64,000 bases of DNA from Calcarisporiella thermophila CBS 279.70 (Eukaryota > Fungi > Calcarisporiellomycota): contig NW_027192205.1 in assembly GCF_041956535.1 (NCBI RefSeq), forward strand, positions 124,001 to 188,000, given 5' to 3'. Below are positions 1-12,173 of this stretch, piece by piece. A program made the position numbers and the translations under genes. The notes under the pieces are model-generated. The model did no database searches and was not told where the DNA came from. It saw only the letters and a list, made by a program, of their open reading frames with translations. The stretch's first letter is position 1, and each line of letters opens with the position of its first letter.

Positions 1-452
1 AGATAATCAACAATGGAGAACTCGAAGCTGAAAATGTCTGAGTCGGTGCAAGGAAAAACTATACCTCTTTATATGTATTTTCAAGCAATTTACGGCGTAT
101 AGGAGGGCATTCAGGTTTTTCCCTGACGCGTTTAACACGATCTTCTTCACTATCGTCCGATAATCAACAAGTGGACACATTGTTTCNNNNNNNNNNNNNN
201 NNNNNNNNNNNNNNNNNNNNNNNNNNNNNNNNNNNNNNNNNNNNNNNNNNNNNNNNNNNNNNNNNNNNNNNNNNNNNNNNNNNNNNNNNNNNNNNNNNNN
301 NNNNNNNNNNNNNNNNNNNNNTAATTGAGCCTACCATTAACTCCTGGTTGAAGAACCTGCAAATGGGGAACAAGGATTCGGCTCTGAAAGTGGTCCTTGC
401 CAAGCCCATCTATGGCAATCACATCTTCAATTTTTATAAATTCAGCTTCCAT
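1..452 (-). CDS. TES1: Acyl-CoA thioesterase II (TesB/ACOT8 family), copy A; 5' part only, runs off the window and spans an N gap
   Basis: ATG at 452 gives MEAEFIKIEDVIAIDGLGKDHFQS. Near-identical to copy B (3258-3892), including the exon EEDRVKRVREKPECPPIRRKLLENTYKE and the following intron. Confidence 0.8.
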
Positions 453-1009
453 AAGTTTGACTCGCTTGGACAAGTAGCGCACAAGTTCTTTATAGATCAA
501 ACAAATTATTTTAGAAATAATAGGGGTCCTTTCCGATTTCTTACCGATATTTATACTTATGAAATGAATGAATAAACAGTTTCGGTACATTTCGGTAAAT
601 TTAGCTTGAGAATTCATTTCGCAATCTAATACCCAGCAAATGATAGCGAACATCAGCGCAGGGGTTAATAAGATCTCCGCATTATATTGGATATCCCAAT
701 ACCAGGAATCCTAAATATGACCATCATCTTTATAGTAAGATGCTGCATTTAGCCTTTGAATTAAATAATATCCAATTACACCTTACAAAGTGCTTTGTAT
801 TCCATCCATCTTTTCATAATATATTGGCAAATGTAGACCGGACACATTGCTTATTAGCAATGTTAAATTAGGTCGGCAATATGTTTGGCATACCTGGACA
901 AACAAGGATATTTGGGCGCAGATGGATCACTAAAGTTTTCATTTTCTACACGTGTCGGTAAAATTGCACTAATATTCGTGACGATAAAGTTAAATCCGAA
1001 GCTTAAACG

Positions 1010-2120
1010 TCATCCCTGTAAAAAGCCACCGAAAGGAAGCTCCGTGGAAACATTAAGGATCATATATACCATTGGCTCATGTGGATTTTCAATAAACGGA
1101 ATATGGAAACCGGAAAAGGCACACTATGGAATTTTATTCGTCTTGGCCCAAGCAAAAAAAATTTGGGCCGAAATAAATCTATGGAACTGAGTTTCAGCTG
1201 TGATTTTACGGCCAGGCAAAAGAGCTCCTTTAAAAATTCCCCAAGATTTCGGAGTAAATATGTTCAAACAAACAAGCTGTTATTAAGGCAAAAAGAGGAT
1301 ATACTAAGTGGTAGTCAGAGAGCACTTTATTTATACAAATTATTGAGTATTCATTATAATGCCCCTGAAAAGAAAGAGAATAAAAGGTTGGCACCATGTA
1401 AAATCTCTATATCTGGATTTAAGAAATTCTCCGAAATATATTAATATTTCACTTGAAGAGAGTTAGCAAAGGATATTCAGTTGTATATGTAATGATAACG
1501 GAGTAAGTGGGGTTTCCAAATAATTAATTGTATTTTATATGGACGTTGTTTGTAGAGAAATATTTAGGTAAAATTAAAAATTTTAAGGTGCCCAAAAACT
1601 TTCCGGAGATACTTTATATTCAGGAGAATTAAGATTAAAGGCGATATAACCATATATTTTTCTTTTAGTTTATATTCATCCTCAATCTTAATTACTTTTT
1701 CTATTTGTATTAGGTTTGCAGAACCGTCCGGTTGCAACAGCAGTTGCGAGCGCAGGAAAAAGGAAAGCCAAGGGAATCAGTTCCGTGGAAGAATTGGGCA
1801 ACGAGATAGAGAGGGTCAAGAAGCTTGCACGAACTTACAGAAATAAGAGAAAGTCGAATCACCAGGCAAGACAGGGCATAATGTAATTCCATGATTTGTA
1901 AATGCTAACGCAGCATTAAAAAATATATAGAATTTTTTACTGGATAAAAAATTCTATATATTAATGGCATGATATCGTTTATAAACCTGGTGTAATTGAG
2001 CAACAATTACCTTACAGATTTGTGATAACCAGCATAGAGAATTTCTCACACTCCGTATGTTTGTTTACGGCATTTTCCTGCAAGTGTTTCTGAGTTTATT
2101 CCTTACTCCGACTCCTTACT
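1010..2120 (+). mobile_element. About 1.1 kb insertion upstream of copy A; probable decayed Tc1/mariner-like DNA transposon
   Basis: Flanks 961-1010 and 2120-2330 align to a contiguous stretch in copy B (about 4420-4650). 1276-1314 encodes AVIKAKRGYTKW*, resembling the Tc1 transposase C-terminus (AVIxAKGGxTKY). No TIRs recognised. Confidence 0.35.
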
Positions 2121-2784
2121 AGGCGCGCATATCGCTTACTTACATACATTGGCCAGACTTGTTCTTCTGATTATCAACCTTAGCATTCTTAATATCATGG
2201 TAAACCCTTCCACTCATTAAAAAAAAACGAATTATAGAATACTTCGAGTGTGGGCCGTCATTTTGCGGTGATTTAAGTATTAAAATACTTAAATTTACAA
2301 AATGCTGGTCCCATTTCGTTGAATTTGGTTTTTTACTCCACGTTTATATGCTATTTAATTCCAATATTTCACGTTGAAAGTAGACCATATTTAGTCAATA
2401 TCTTGGGGGATGTTATGTCTGAAATGAAGGCGTGGGGGTCCCAAGTATCAAGACAAGAGAGAGTGAAAAAGTTTAACCTTGTCCTCCTTGATAAATAGTA
2501 CCTACTGGTCGTTTCCGAGCTGAAATGACCAACTCAGAAAACGACCAAGAAAGGGTTTTTTCAAAAGACTTTATACACTATAATATCCTGCTATCTTGTA
2601 TGAATAAAGCGCATTTTAATGAACTTAATAGAATCAACCGTAAATGTAAATGAGTAAATAGTATAAACATTTAGAAATGGCGCTATTAAAATAATTTTGC
2701 AACAGTCTCCCATGAAATACGAATGCTATACTTTGCGGTCCTACCATCGTTAAAAATAGTACTGAAACTCTATCGCGTTTACGT

Positions 2785-3892
2785 CTACAATTTGCTATTT
2801 TTCATAAAATCCTCTTCTAGACTCCCACGTTTAAACCTCACAACTCCTTCCTGCACTAAGCTCGCTACCAAAGTTCCGTCTTGTTTGTAGATTCTCCCAA
2901 GCACAAGTGCTCTAGTGTTTCTCAATATCGGTGCCTCTGTCTCAAAGAGTAGCCATTCATCTGCTCTAAAATTATCATGGAAATAGACGACGTGATCTAA
3001 ACTAGCCAGCGTGGTAATATAGGGATCGGTGATGTACCCAACTCCAAGTGGAAAGCATGCCGTAATGAGGAGCTCTAAGTCCGAAGCATAAGCTAGAGCA
3101 CATTCATGCACTACATGGTCATCCGAAAACTGTCCTCTCGTGCGGAACCACAAGTATCTATGGGTGGTTTTAGTTATGGGAGCCAATATACCCTCTTCAG
3201 GATTTGCATAAGTAGCTCGGAATTCTATTGGACTATAGGGCTACGAGAGTTAAGTCAGATAATCAACAATGGAGAACTCGAAGCTGAAAACGTTTTCAGG
3301 ATTGAAAGGGATAGAGATACCTCTTTATATGTATTTTCATACAACATACGGCGTATAGGAGGGCACTCAGGATTTTTTACGATGTGTTTAGCACGATCTT
3401 CTTCACTATCGTCCGATAATCAACAAGTGGACACATTATTTCNNNNNNNNNNNNNNNNNNNNNNNNNNNNNNNNNNNNNNNNNNNNNNNNNNNNNNNNNN
3501 NNNNNNNNNNNNNNNNNNNNNNNNNNNNNNNNNNNNNNNNNNNNNNNNNNNNNNNNNNNNNNNNNNNNNNNNNNNNNNNNNNNNNNNNNNNNNNNNNNNN
3601 NNNNNNNNNNNNNNNNNNNNNNNNNNNNNNNNNNNNNNNNNNNNNNNNNNNNNNNNNNNNNNNNNNNNNNNNNNNNNNNNNNNNNNNNNNNNNNNNNNNN
3701 NNNNNNNNNNNNNNNNNNNNNNNNNNNNNNNNNNNNNNNNNNNNNNNNNNNNNNNNNNNNNAAATTGAGCCTACCATTAACTCCTGGTTGAAGAACCTGC
3801 ACATGTGAAGTAAGGGTTTGGCTCTGAAAGCGGTCCTTGCCAAGCCCATCTATGGCAATCACATCTTCAATTTTTATAAATTCAGCTTCCAT
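2785..3892 (-). CDS. TES1: Peroxisomal acyl-CoA thioesterase II, copy B (spliced; middle lies in an N gap)
   Basis: C-terminal exon has HECALAYASD, ASLDHVVYFH, DEWLL, GRIYKQDGTLVASLVQEG, typical of TesB/ACOT8. Ends in PTS1 -SKL. ATG at 3892. Confidence 0.9.
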
Positions 3893-5235
3893 AAGTTTGA
3901 CTCGCTTGGACAAGTAGCGCACAAGTTCTTTATAGATCAAACAAATTATTTTAGAAATAATAGGGGTCCTTTCCGATTTCTTACCGATATTTATACTTAT
4001 GAAATGAATTAATACACTGTCTCGGAACCTTTTAGTATAATCTAGCTAAGATTTCATTTCATAACTTCATACCCAGCAAATCGGGTTCTTGTAAAGAGAG
4101 TCGGTGCGCCAAACATATTTAATAAATCACCATTAGCTTGACATTATATCCCAATACCAGGAATCCTAAATATGACCATCATCTTTATAGTAAGATGCTG
4201 CATTTAGTTATTTGCATCAAATTAAATCTAATGACACCTCACAAAGCGTTTTGCGATCCATCTCAGTCTTTAAACTAACTATTAGCAAGTATAGAACAGA
4301 TATTCTGCCTATTAGCAGTGTTAAATTGGATTGGTACTATGTTCGGAATAGTTGGACAAATGAGGAAATTTGGCGCAGATGGGTCATAGGGTTTTCTTTT
4401 ACCTTCACATGTTGGTAGAATTGCAATAGTACTGGTAACGATGAAATTAAATCTAAAGATGGAATATTATTGCGCATATTTACAAAAATCGGTCAAAATT
4501 GTTTTTCTTATTAGCAACAAGTTTATTAAAATCATGGTAAACCCTTCCACTCGGTAAAAAATATTCACATTATAGACCGTTTTAAATGTGGGCCGTCATT
4601 TGTGGAGATCCATAATTAAAAATACACGAGTTTACAAAAAAAAATGATGGAATATCGCAGGATAGAGATTTTTTTTTAATTTTCATATGTTAATTTTTTT
4701 CCAATAATTCACCATAATAACTTATATCTGAACCCTGTTCATTATTACCAGAATAATCTATAATCTACAGTGAATTCTGTAGTGTCCTACAAAAAATCGC
4801 AGCACTCACTATGCTTAGCATTAAGTTAAATCTTAATTTTTAATGAATAGGGCAAAGATTTTAGTAGAGCCCGAAAAATAACAAATTTATCCAGGGAATG
4901 AACCTAAACCTCTCGTGTAAAAGGAAATTTTAATATCAACGTCAATAGAACATACCTTGTAAGTTTAAAACACATAGCCCACGATTACCCCGAGCAATTA
5001 GTGTGGTGCCAACTCGTCAATAGGAGGTTCGAATTCGTCAGAACCGAGAAACACCATTGTATCTCAAAGAAATTTTAGAAATCTGAGAAACAGATGAAAC
5101 ACTTTAAGAAATTAAACAAAAAATAATTAATAATGCATTTAGTCATCGAGATTAGCCTGAATAATACCGAATACAAATATTCTTTTTTTTCCAACTAAAT
5201 AGTTTGAAAACGAAAATTTTTACTTTATCCTGAAA

Positions 5236-6358
5236 ATGGACTCGAGTCTGCAGGCTTCTCACCTTTTCGATCTGAGCAACAAGGTAGCTTTGGTGACCGG
5301 TGGAGGAACCGGGATTGGGTTCATGATTGCAAAGGCCCTTGAGGCAAACGGTGCCAAAGTGTACATTGTGGGACGCAGATTGGATGCGTTGAAGAAGGTG
5401 TCTGGTGGGAATATCATCGCACTGCAAGTGATGTGTCTAGTCGAGAGTCGGTTGACGAGCTAGTCAAAAGTTTTCCTGAAGATCGGCTCGATATTCTCGT
5501 GAACAATGCTGGTATAGGGTTCTGGGATGAGGGAAATGATCAGGAAAAATGGAGAAAAACCTTCCAGATCAATCTCAATAGTGTTTACAATATGGTCGCA
5601 GCTTTCCTTCCCTTGATAAAGGCCACTAAAGGGTACCCCGGAAAAATCATTAATATCGGATCCACCGTTACCAACATGATAAATAGCACTAACCAGTGGA
5701 GGACTTATGCATATCCTGTATCCAAAGAGGTCCGATATTAAAATCTTGAATGGATTTCTACAAGTCATGGAATATATTTCAAGCAAGGTAAAACATAACC
5801 AGATGATCAGACTAGAACGAACACAAGAAACACGAGCAATATTTGAAAGGTCAAGCGAACTTCCCAAATGTGATGAAAGTCGCCCTATTCTGTATATTCC
5901 GGTTTACAAATCTAGTTCACCCTTACACCTACATTCTTACCTTTTAATTACGACTTCTTCCTAATTCCTAGATTTAAACCTCACGTCTCTTCACTGCTCA
6001 ATGCATACTTTTCTGTTTGAATATTTCACCAAACACAAGTGCTCCCGTATTTCTAAATATCGGAGCCTCCCCAGCTATGTGTAGCCATTCATATGATCTA
6101 AAACTAGCAAAGAGATAAACTCTGTGATCTATACTTGTTAGCCTCGTGGGGTAAGGATCGGGGTTGACCGTTTCCTTCGGGGCTGACTATAAAACGCCTA
6201 GAAGAAGACTTAAATAATATCTTAAAGCATATTCCTTTCCGAAGGTTAGGGAGAAACATGGATATAGAAGAATTGTCACCATGGTTGGCTTCTGATGCGG
6301 GGATTTTATAACTGGCCAAATAATAACTGTTGATGGAGGATATTGGATATTAGAATAA
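5236..6358 (+). pseudogene. Short-chain dehydrogenase/reductase pseudogene, paralog of 7634-8395
   Basis: 1-nt deletion at about 5427 (CTGCAAGTGAT vs CTGCAAGGTGAT). About 430 bp of foreign sequence follows YPVSK (about 5735-6168). A degraded 3' part resumes at about 6171 (FPS...HIPFRRLG...DGG). Confidence 0.85.
5925..6168 (-). pseudogene. Captured 3' fragment of an acyl-CoA thioesterase gene inside the SDR pseudogene
   Basis: 5972-6168 aligns to 9022-9220 and 2831-3030 (TTTAAACCTCAC...ATATTTCACCAAA...GTAGCCAT...GATCTAAAACTA). 5741-5960 aligns to 8781-9000. Confidence 0.75.
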
Positions 6359-7633
6359 GAGAGGCAGAGAGGATTAAAGGTTTAAATCGCAGATTAGTCG
6401 GTATTCAAGACTGGTAGTAGTAGTTAGCCAGCAACTATTTACTGAAAAAAAAATTAGTATGCTTTTATATTTGAGAATCGATATCTAAATTCTACTTATT
6501 ACTACCCCGAATATTGGTATATGAACTTGATGCTTTTACTTGAAATATCGAGATATTTTCAACCAGTATGACATCCTTTTATCCTGTTTATATTGTTGGC
6601 ATAGAGTTAACGTGAGAGTATGAACAGAAAAAATCGTAAGGTGGACAGACTGTTTGGAATAGTGTTCTATTGATTTTTTTATAGCTAAATCAAAAGTATT
6701 CCCTAGAGCAAGTATATACTGCAGTTCTTGGGCATGGGAAGTCCAGTATTACACTGACATCGATTGTCAGTCGACTTTTTGATTTCAATGCCACTTTCTC
6801 TTAACATTATTAGCTGCGCCGCAATACTGTATGGATATTATGTATGAAATTGTTAAATGTAAATCAACATTGTTGTGGCATATCAGTTTATATCAGATTC
6901 CCTAGTAAAAGTACCCAAATGGTCAGTATGAATTTGTTTTTATTCTAAGCAGAGCTTGCTATAATAAATCATAACATTATTTGAATACATTTGTATTTGT
7001 CATGTAGAAAATCTAGTTTTAGGTTAATGTTCGATTTCAAGTAACAGTTTTATGGTCATTTATATGGTAAATAAAAGACTTCATTTCGCGTTCCAGTTTG
7101 GAGAGTACCAACTCAAACACGGTTACAGTATTCGTCATATATATTGAAATTTATACCAAGTTTGTTTGCAATTAATCCGGGGAAAAACTGCTCTGAAATT
7201 CAATAATTTTTTGAATTAGTAATCATCAGCCGCTGAGAGATAAGAGGAGAGATCAACGCAATCATGCTATTGAATCACATCACAAAATTTAAACAAGACG
7301 AATACAATTTCTAAAAAAAGTAATCGTAACAGTTAGTGGGGATCCAGACACAATCCATCAACGACGGATTCAAATTCCACGGAACTGAGTAACATCAGAA
7401 TTCCTGTGAGAAGTATTAGAAAATAGAGAGTAAAATGAAGCCCCTTTAGAAATAAAATTATTTAGTAATAAGTTTATTTAGAAATAATTTATAATCCTTT
7501 TAGTCATCGAGAAATACTTGAACAATGTCAAGCATAAGCATCATTATAATGATGCCAAGCTCAAATATCATTCTTTTTCACATAAATACGAGTCGTTTGA
7601 AGGCGATGGTTTTTAACATGAATTAATTTAAAC

Positions 7634-8395
7634 ATGAATTTGAGTCTGCAGGCTTCTCATCTTTTCGACCTGAGCAACAAGGTAGCTTTGGTGACCGGTG
7701 GAGGAACCGGGATTGGGCTCATGATTGCAAAGACCCTTGAGGCAAACGGTGCCAAAGTGTACATTGTGGGACGCAGATTGGATGTGTTGAAGAAGGTGTC
7801 TGGTGGGAATATCATCGCACTGCAAGGTGATGTGTCTAGTCGAGAGTCGGTTGACGAGCTAGTCAAAAGTTTTCCTGAAGATCGGCTCGATATTCTCGTG
7901 AATAATGCTGGTGTGGCGTACCCGGGCGAAGAATATGATCAAGAAAAATGGAGAAAAACTTTCCAGATCAATCTCGAGAGTATACACTTTATGGTCGCAG
8001 CTTTCCTTCCCTTGTTGAAGGCCACTAAAGGGCACCCCGGGAAAATCATTAATATCGGGTCCACCGTCACTAGCATAAAGAAACGCCCTAACGAATTTAG
8101 ACAATATGCATATCCCGTGTCCAAAGCGGGCGTAAATCATCTTTCTAAAATACTTGCTGCTGATCTAGCTAGTGAAAACATCACTGTGAATGTGATAGAA
8201 CCAGGAGCTTTTCCTTCGGAGATGTTCGACAAAGCTATTGAGCATTTGGATAATATAATGCAGTATATTCCTTTTCAAAGGCTAGGGAGTAATACGGATA
8301 TAGGAGGAGTGTCGCTATTGTTGGCTTCTGATGCGGGTGATTATATAACTGGTCAGATAATTGCTGTTGATGGAGGAACTTGGATATTAGGATAA
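7634..8395 (+). CDS. Classical short-chain dehydrogenase/reductase (FabG/RhlG-like), intronless, 253 aa
   Basis: TGGGTGIG cofactor motif, NNAG, catalytic S and YPVSK (YxxxK), VNVIEPG, YITGQIIAVDGG. Confidence 0.95.
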   Translation: MNLSLQASHLFDLSNKVALVTGGGTGIGLMIAKTLEANGAKVYIVGRRLDVLKKVSGGNIIALQGDVSSRESVDELVKSFPEDRLDILVNNAGVAYPGEEYDQEKWRKTFQINLESIHFMVAAFLPLLKATKGHPGKIINIGSTVTSIKKRPNEFRQYAYPVSKAGVNHLSKILAADLASENITVNVIEPGAFPSEMFDKAIEHLDNIMQYIPFQRLGSNTDIGGVSLLLASDAGDYITGQIIAVDGGTWILG

Positions 8396-8976
8396 AAGAG
8401 ATTATGGGGATTGTGGTTTAAATCGTAGATTAGTCAATATTTTAGTATTAGTAGTATAAATTAGTCGATCCTCATGTATAAGTTTGACCATTTTTATTGT
8501 TGATCTGTGCTTTATATTTTCATATCACTACTACCAAGATGGATATTCAGATTAAACAATTCTTATTAGTTGAGTGAAATATCGCGACATGTTCAACCTG
8601 TATATCATTCTTTATTGCTGGTAGATTAAGCAATCATGAAAATGTGCTAAGAAACGACAATACAATGAACAAGCTTGGAGTAGTATCTCGATTGATTTTT
8701 TGATTTGCCTAAACCAAAAGTATGCCAAAGAGGTGAATGTACGCTACCATTTTCGGTTGAGAAGTCACATATTGAATAGAGATCTTGAATGGATTTCTAA
8801 AATTTGTTGAATACAATTCAAGCAGGTAAAATATAACCAATTAATCAAAATAAAACGAAAACAAGAGTTCGAGTCAATTTGAAAGATCAAGCGAGCTTTC
8901 CATATGAAACGAAAGTCATCCTATTCTGTCATACCATCACTATATTCAGAATTGCAAAACTGGGTCACTTTTACTC

Positions 8977-9400
8977 CTAGATTCTGCAACTCTAACTAAG
9001 ACTTATTCCCAGTTTCTGGGCTTAAACCTCACGACTTTTTACTGCACTATGCTCACTGCCATCCTACTTATATATTTCACCAAATACATGCGCTCTCGTA
9101 TTTCTAATTATCAGAGTATCCGTATCTATGTGTAGCCATCCATTTGATCTAAAACTATCATGGATATAACCAATGCGATATATACTAGCCAGTCTTGTAG
9201 GGTAAGAATCGGTGTTGAACAAGACACCAAGTGGAAGGCATCCTGTGGATAGAGGTTCGACATCTGAAGCGTAAACTAGAGCACACTTGTGCACCATATG
9301 TTCATCTGGGAGCTTCCTTGTAATACGGAATCGCACTCTATGAGTCGCTTTAACAATGGAAATTAATATTCCTTTGGCGTATGGATAGGTAGCAAGATAA
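8977..9400 (-). pseudogene. Acyl-CoA thioesterase II pseudogene (3' half)
   Basis: HKCALVYASD...IRNTRAHVFGEIYK followed by a premature TAG at 9064-9066 where the intact copy has Q. ASLDH is decayed to ASIYR. No 5' half is visible. Confidence 0.85.
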
Positions 9401-9559
9401 CTCATTGGCTTATATATACGAAAATCTCAGAAAGTTAGCAGCATGAGAACCATTTCACGTCACAGTGTGTACCCTATAAAAATAGAGCTGAACCTATTTA
9501 TAAACTTTAAACTACATTGAGTTTATATCACCTATCCAGCAGGCTAAGGCCTCGAGATG

Positions 9560-10068
9560 ATTGATTCTGCTGTCGAGGAAATCAAGGAGTATATACGGTT
9601 GCTAATGGCATCCAATTGCGGATTGACGTTAGCGGCGAAAATGTCGGCCATTATAAGGGCATTTCTCGGGAGGAACGACTACACTATGAACAAGTATAAA
9701 GGTGGAGGTTCACAATGGCCCGAAATAATGAACATCTGGGAAAGATCCAAATGCTGGGAAAAGATGATTGCTTTAGATGATTGCTTGCACACCCGCGTGA
9801 GTATGGGAAAAATAAAGATACTGACAACCTTAAAGATCCGAGGTGCATCAAAAGCCAAGAGAACTTGGAACATAGTAGGCGTCCAGTGCAGAGACCGCCA
9901 CGATCTAGCAATGCGAGCCCGATTGAATGGCGCCAGCTGCCAAAGAGAGTGGGAGAGAATGTGTGGCGGGTGCTAGTCAAGTATGGAATCAGGATGGCGT
10001 CTAGTGACGGTCGTGCCGTCTCTTTGGAAGCTGGCCTTTCGGGCCAGAAGGCTGTGGGCGAAGCTCAT
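9560..10068 (-). pseudogene. Possible F-box(-LRR) gene remnant
   Basis: Reading through a stop gives SILD*HPPHILSHSLWQL...ARIARSWRSL, which resembles an F-box motif; a later HLDLS is LRR-like. Weak resemblance only. Confidence 0.25.
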
Positions 10069-10530
10069 TGGAGCGAGCAACTCGATTTGGGTCTGGACCA
10101 AACATATCCACAAAAAAGGGCCATGTGAGCAGTGGTGCACTGTGTTAATGGGACAAGGCTGGGCAGCACGGGAAAGGGTGGGAAATGTCAGTCGCCCAGA
10201 GCAACGGGCGCTTTCTATTCGTGCCAAGTGTTCTATTTTGGGCGCGGCTTCCCTCTTGGAACTCAGCGCGTGCGATAATTTTAGCCGGCCGCCGCTATCC
10301 TCGCGGTGAGTGGGAGACGGGCAGGCCGGCTCCGCTGAGTTGCTGGATTGCTAACCCAAACTTGGGGGACGAGGATGCACACCTTCTGCGGGGGAGAAGA
10401 TCTGCCCGCGTGTTTAAAACCGACGTCCAAATCCAAACAATCAAAATCGCTTGCTCTTTTTCTTTTTTCCACGCCCTCCGGCCTATTTCTCGCCCCCTCT
10501 CATCCGCCCTCTCGCCCCCTTTTTCTGCGC

Positions 10531-10842
10531 CCTCTCTCTCTCTCTCTCTCTCTCTTCACCGCCCNNNNNNNNNNNNNNNNNNNNNNNNNNNNNNNNNNNN
10601 NNNNNNNNNNNNNNNNNNNNNNNNNNNNNNNNNNNNNNNNNNNNNNNNNNNNNNNNNNNNNNNNNNNNNNNNNNNNNNNNNNNNNNNNNNNNNNNNNNNN
10701 NNNNNNNNNNNNNNNNNNNNNNNNNNNNNNNNNNNNNNNNNNNNNNNNNNNNNNNNNNNNNNNNNNNNNNNNNNNNNNNNNNNNNNNNNNNNNNNNNNNN
10801 NNNNNNNNNTTCTGCGCCTCCTCTCTCTCTCTCTCTCTCTCT
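10531..10842. repeat. (CT)n microsatellite on both sides of an assembly gap
   Basis: TTCTGCGCC-(CT)n-TTCA(A)CCGCCC occurs on both sides of the N run. Confidence 0.85.
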
Positions 10843-10915
10843 TCAACCGCCCGCTGCTTCTCAGTCTCTCTTTCTCTCCTCTAACTCATTCCATCCTCGC
10901 TCTATTTATCCCACA

Positions 10916-12173
10916 ATGGCATCCTATCCAATCGACAGCGGCGTAGAAACCTCCCCCTCCATGTCGCCCGAATGCAAGGCGAGAAACCTGTCTGCCGTGC
11001 TAGTGAAGCCGGGCCAAATCCAAATGGTGAGATGCTGGATCTTGCGGCGGGGCAAGTGCGGAATCATTGACTAACTTGCGCTCTAATCTAGCAATACCGC
11101 GAGGTGCCTGAGCCAAAACCCGATGAAGTACAGGTGCAAGTCAAGGTCACCGGCATTTGCGGATCGGATGTCCACTACTGGGTAAGCGATTTCCTCAGAG
11201 GCCTCCTCTCCAATGGCTGTGTCTAACCCATCTCATTGCGCTTAATTAGCTCCATGGCCGTATTGCCGATTTTGTGGTGCAGGCCCCGATGGTGCTTGGG
11301 CACGAGAGCTCGGGCATCGTCACCGCGGTTGGCTCAGAGGTACATGATCTCAAGGTTGGCGACAATGTCGCCATCGAGCCCGGAGTGACCTGCCGCCGCT
11401 GCGAGTTCTGCAAAAAGGGGCGCTACAATCTCTGTCCGGACATCGTCTTCGCGGCCACGCCCCCGTACGATGGCACGCTGTGCAACTATATCACTTATCC
11501 AAGCGACTTCTGTTTCCGGGTGCCGGACAATGTGTCTCTGGAGGAGGCTGCGCTTGTCGAGCCACTAAGCGTGGCGGTCCATGCTGTGCAGCGCGCCGAG
11601 CTGGACTCTGGCCGGCACGTAATGGTGTTCGGGAGCGGCCCCATCGGGCTCCTGGTGAGCGCGGTTGCGCGCGCAGCCGGGTCGACCCGAGTGACGGTCG
11701 CAGACATCATCCCCTCTCGCCTCGAGTTTGCCAAGGAGTACGCCGCAACGGAGACTGTCTTGCTGCAGCGCCCGGCCGAGGGCGAGTCGAACCTCGAGTT
11801 TTCGCGCCGCACGGTCAAACACATCCGCGAGGAGCTTAACATTCCCCGCGCCGATGTGGTCTTTGACTGTACCGGTGCCGAGCCCTGTGTCCAGATGGCC
11901 ATTGGCATGGCCAAGAATGGTGGCAAGGTTCTTCTGGTGGGCATGGGAAATCGGGATCAGCAGCTGCCCATCATGGATGCGGCAATTCGCGAGGTGGATA
12001 TCAAGGGGACATTCCGCTACTGCAACACTTACCCGCGTGCGCTGCAAATGATCTCCTCCGGCTTGGTGGACGTAAAACCCTTAATCACACACCGCTTCAG
12101 TCTGGCGGATGCCCCGCGTGCGTTCGAAGCAGTTAAGAACGGCCAGGGAATCAAGGTGCAAATCTTGGGTTAA
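10916..12173 (+). CDS. XYL2: Zn-dependent sorbitol/xylitol dehydrogenase (exons 10916-11026, 11092-11181, 11250-12173)
   Basis: GICGSDVH, GHES, structural Zn site CRRCEFCKKGRYNLC, FAATPPYDGTL, GSGPIG, GTFRY; canonical introns keep the frame. Confidence 0.93.

Larger units (their letters stand above)
1..4650. repeat. Tandem segmental duplication of the thioesterase gene plus upstream region (1-2330 vs about 3258-4650)
   Basis: Direct similarity, e.g. 323-568 vs 3763-4008, 691-748 vs 4145-4208, 2190-2265 vs 4530-4600. Confidence 0.9.

Noticed and set aside
5020-5045. GGTTCGAAT B-box-like motif suggesting a tRNA
   Set aside because: No cloverleaf can be built, and the paralogous flank near 7365 does not preserve it.
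9557-9976. 139-aa plus-strand ORF
   Set aside because: No recognisable motif; the opposite strand has the better, though still weak, coding signal.
10565-10809. Apparent direct repeat around the N gap and long ORFs crossing it
   Set aside because: Probably the same (CT)n locus assembled twice. ORFs made of X residues carry no evidence.
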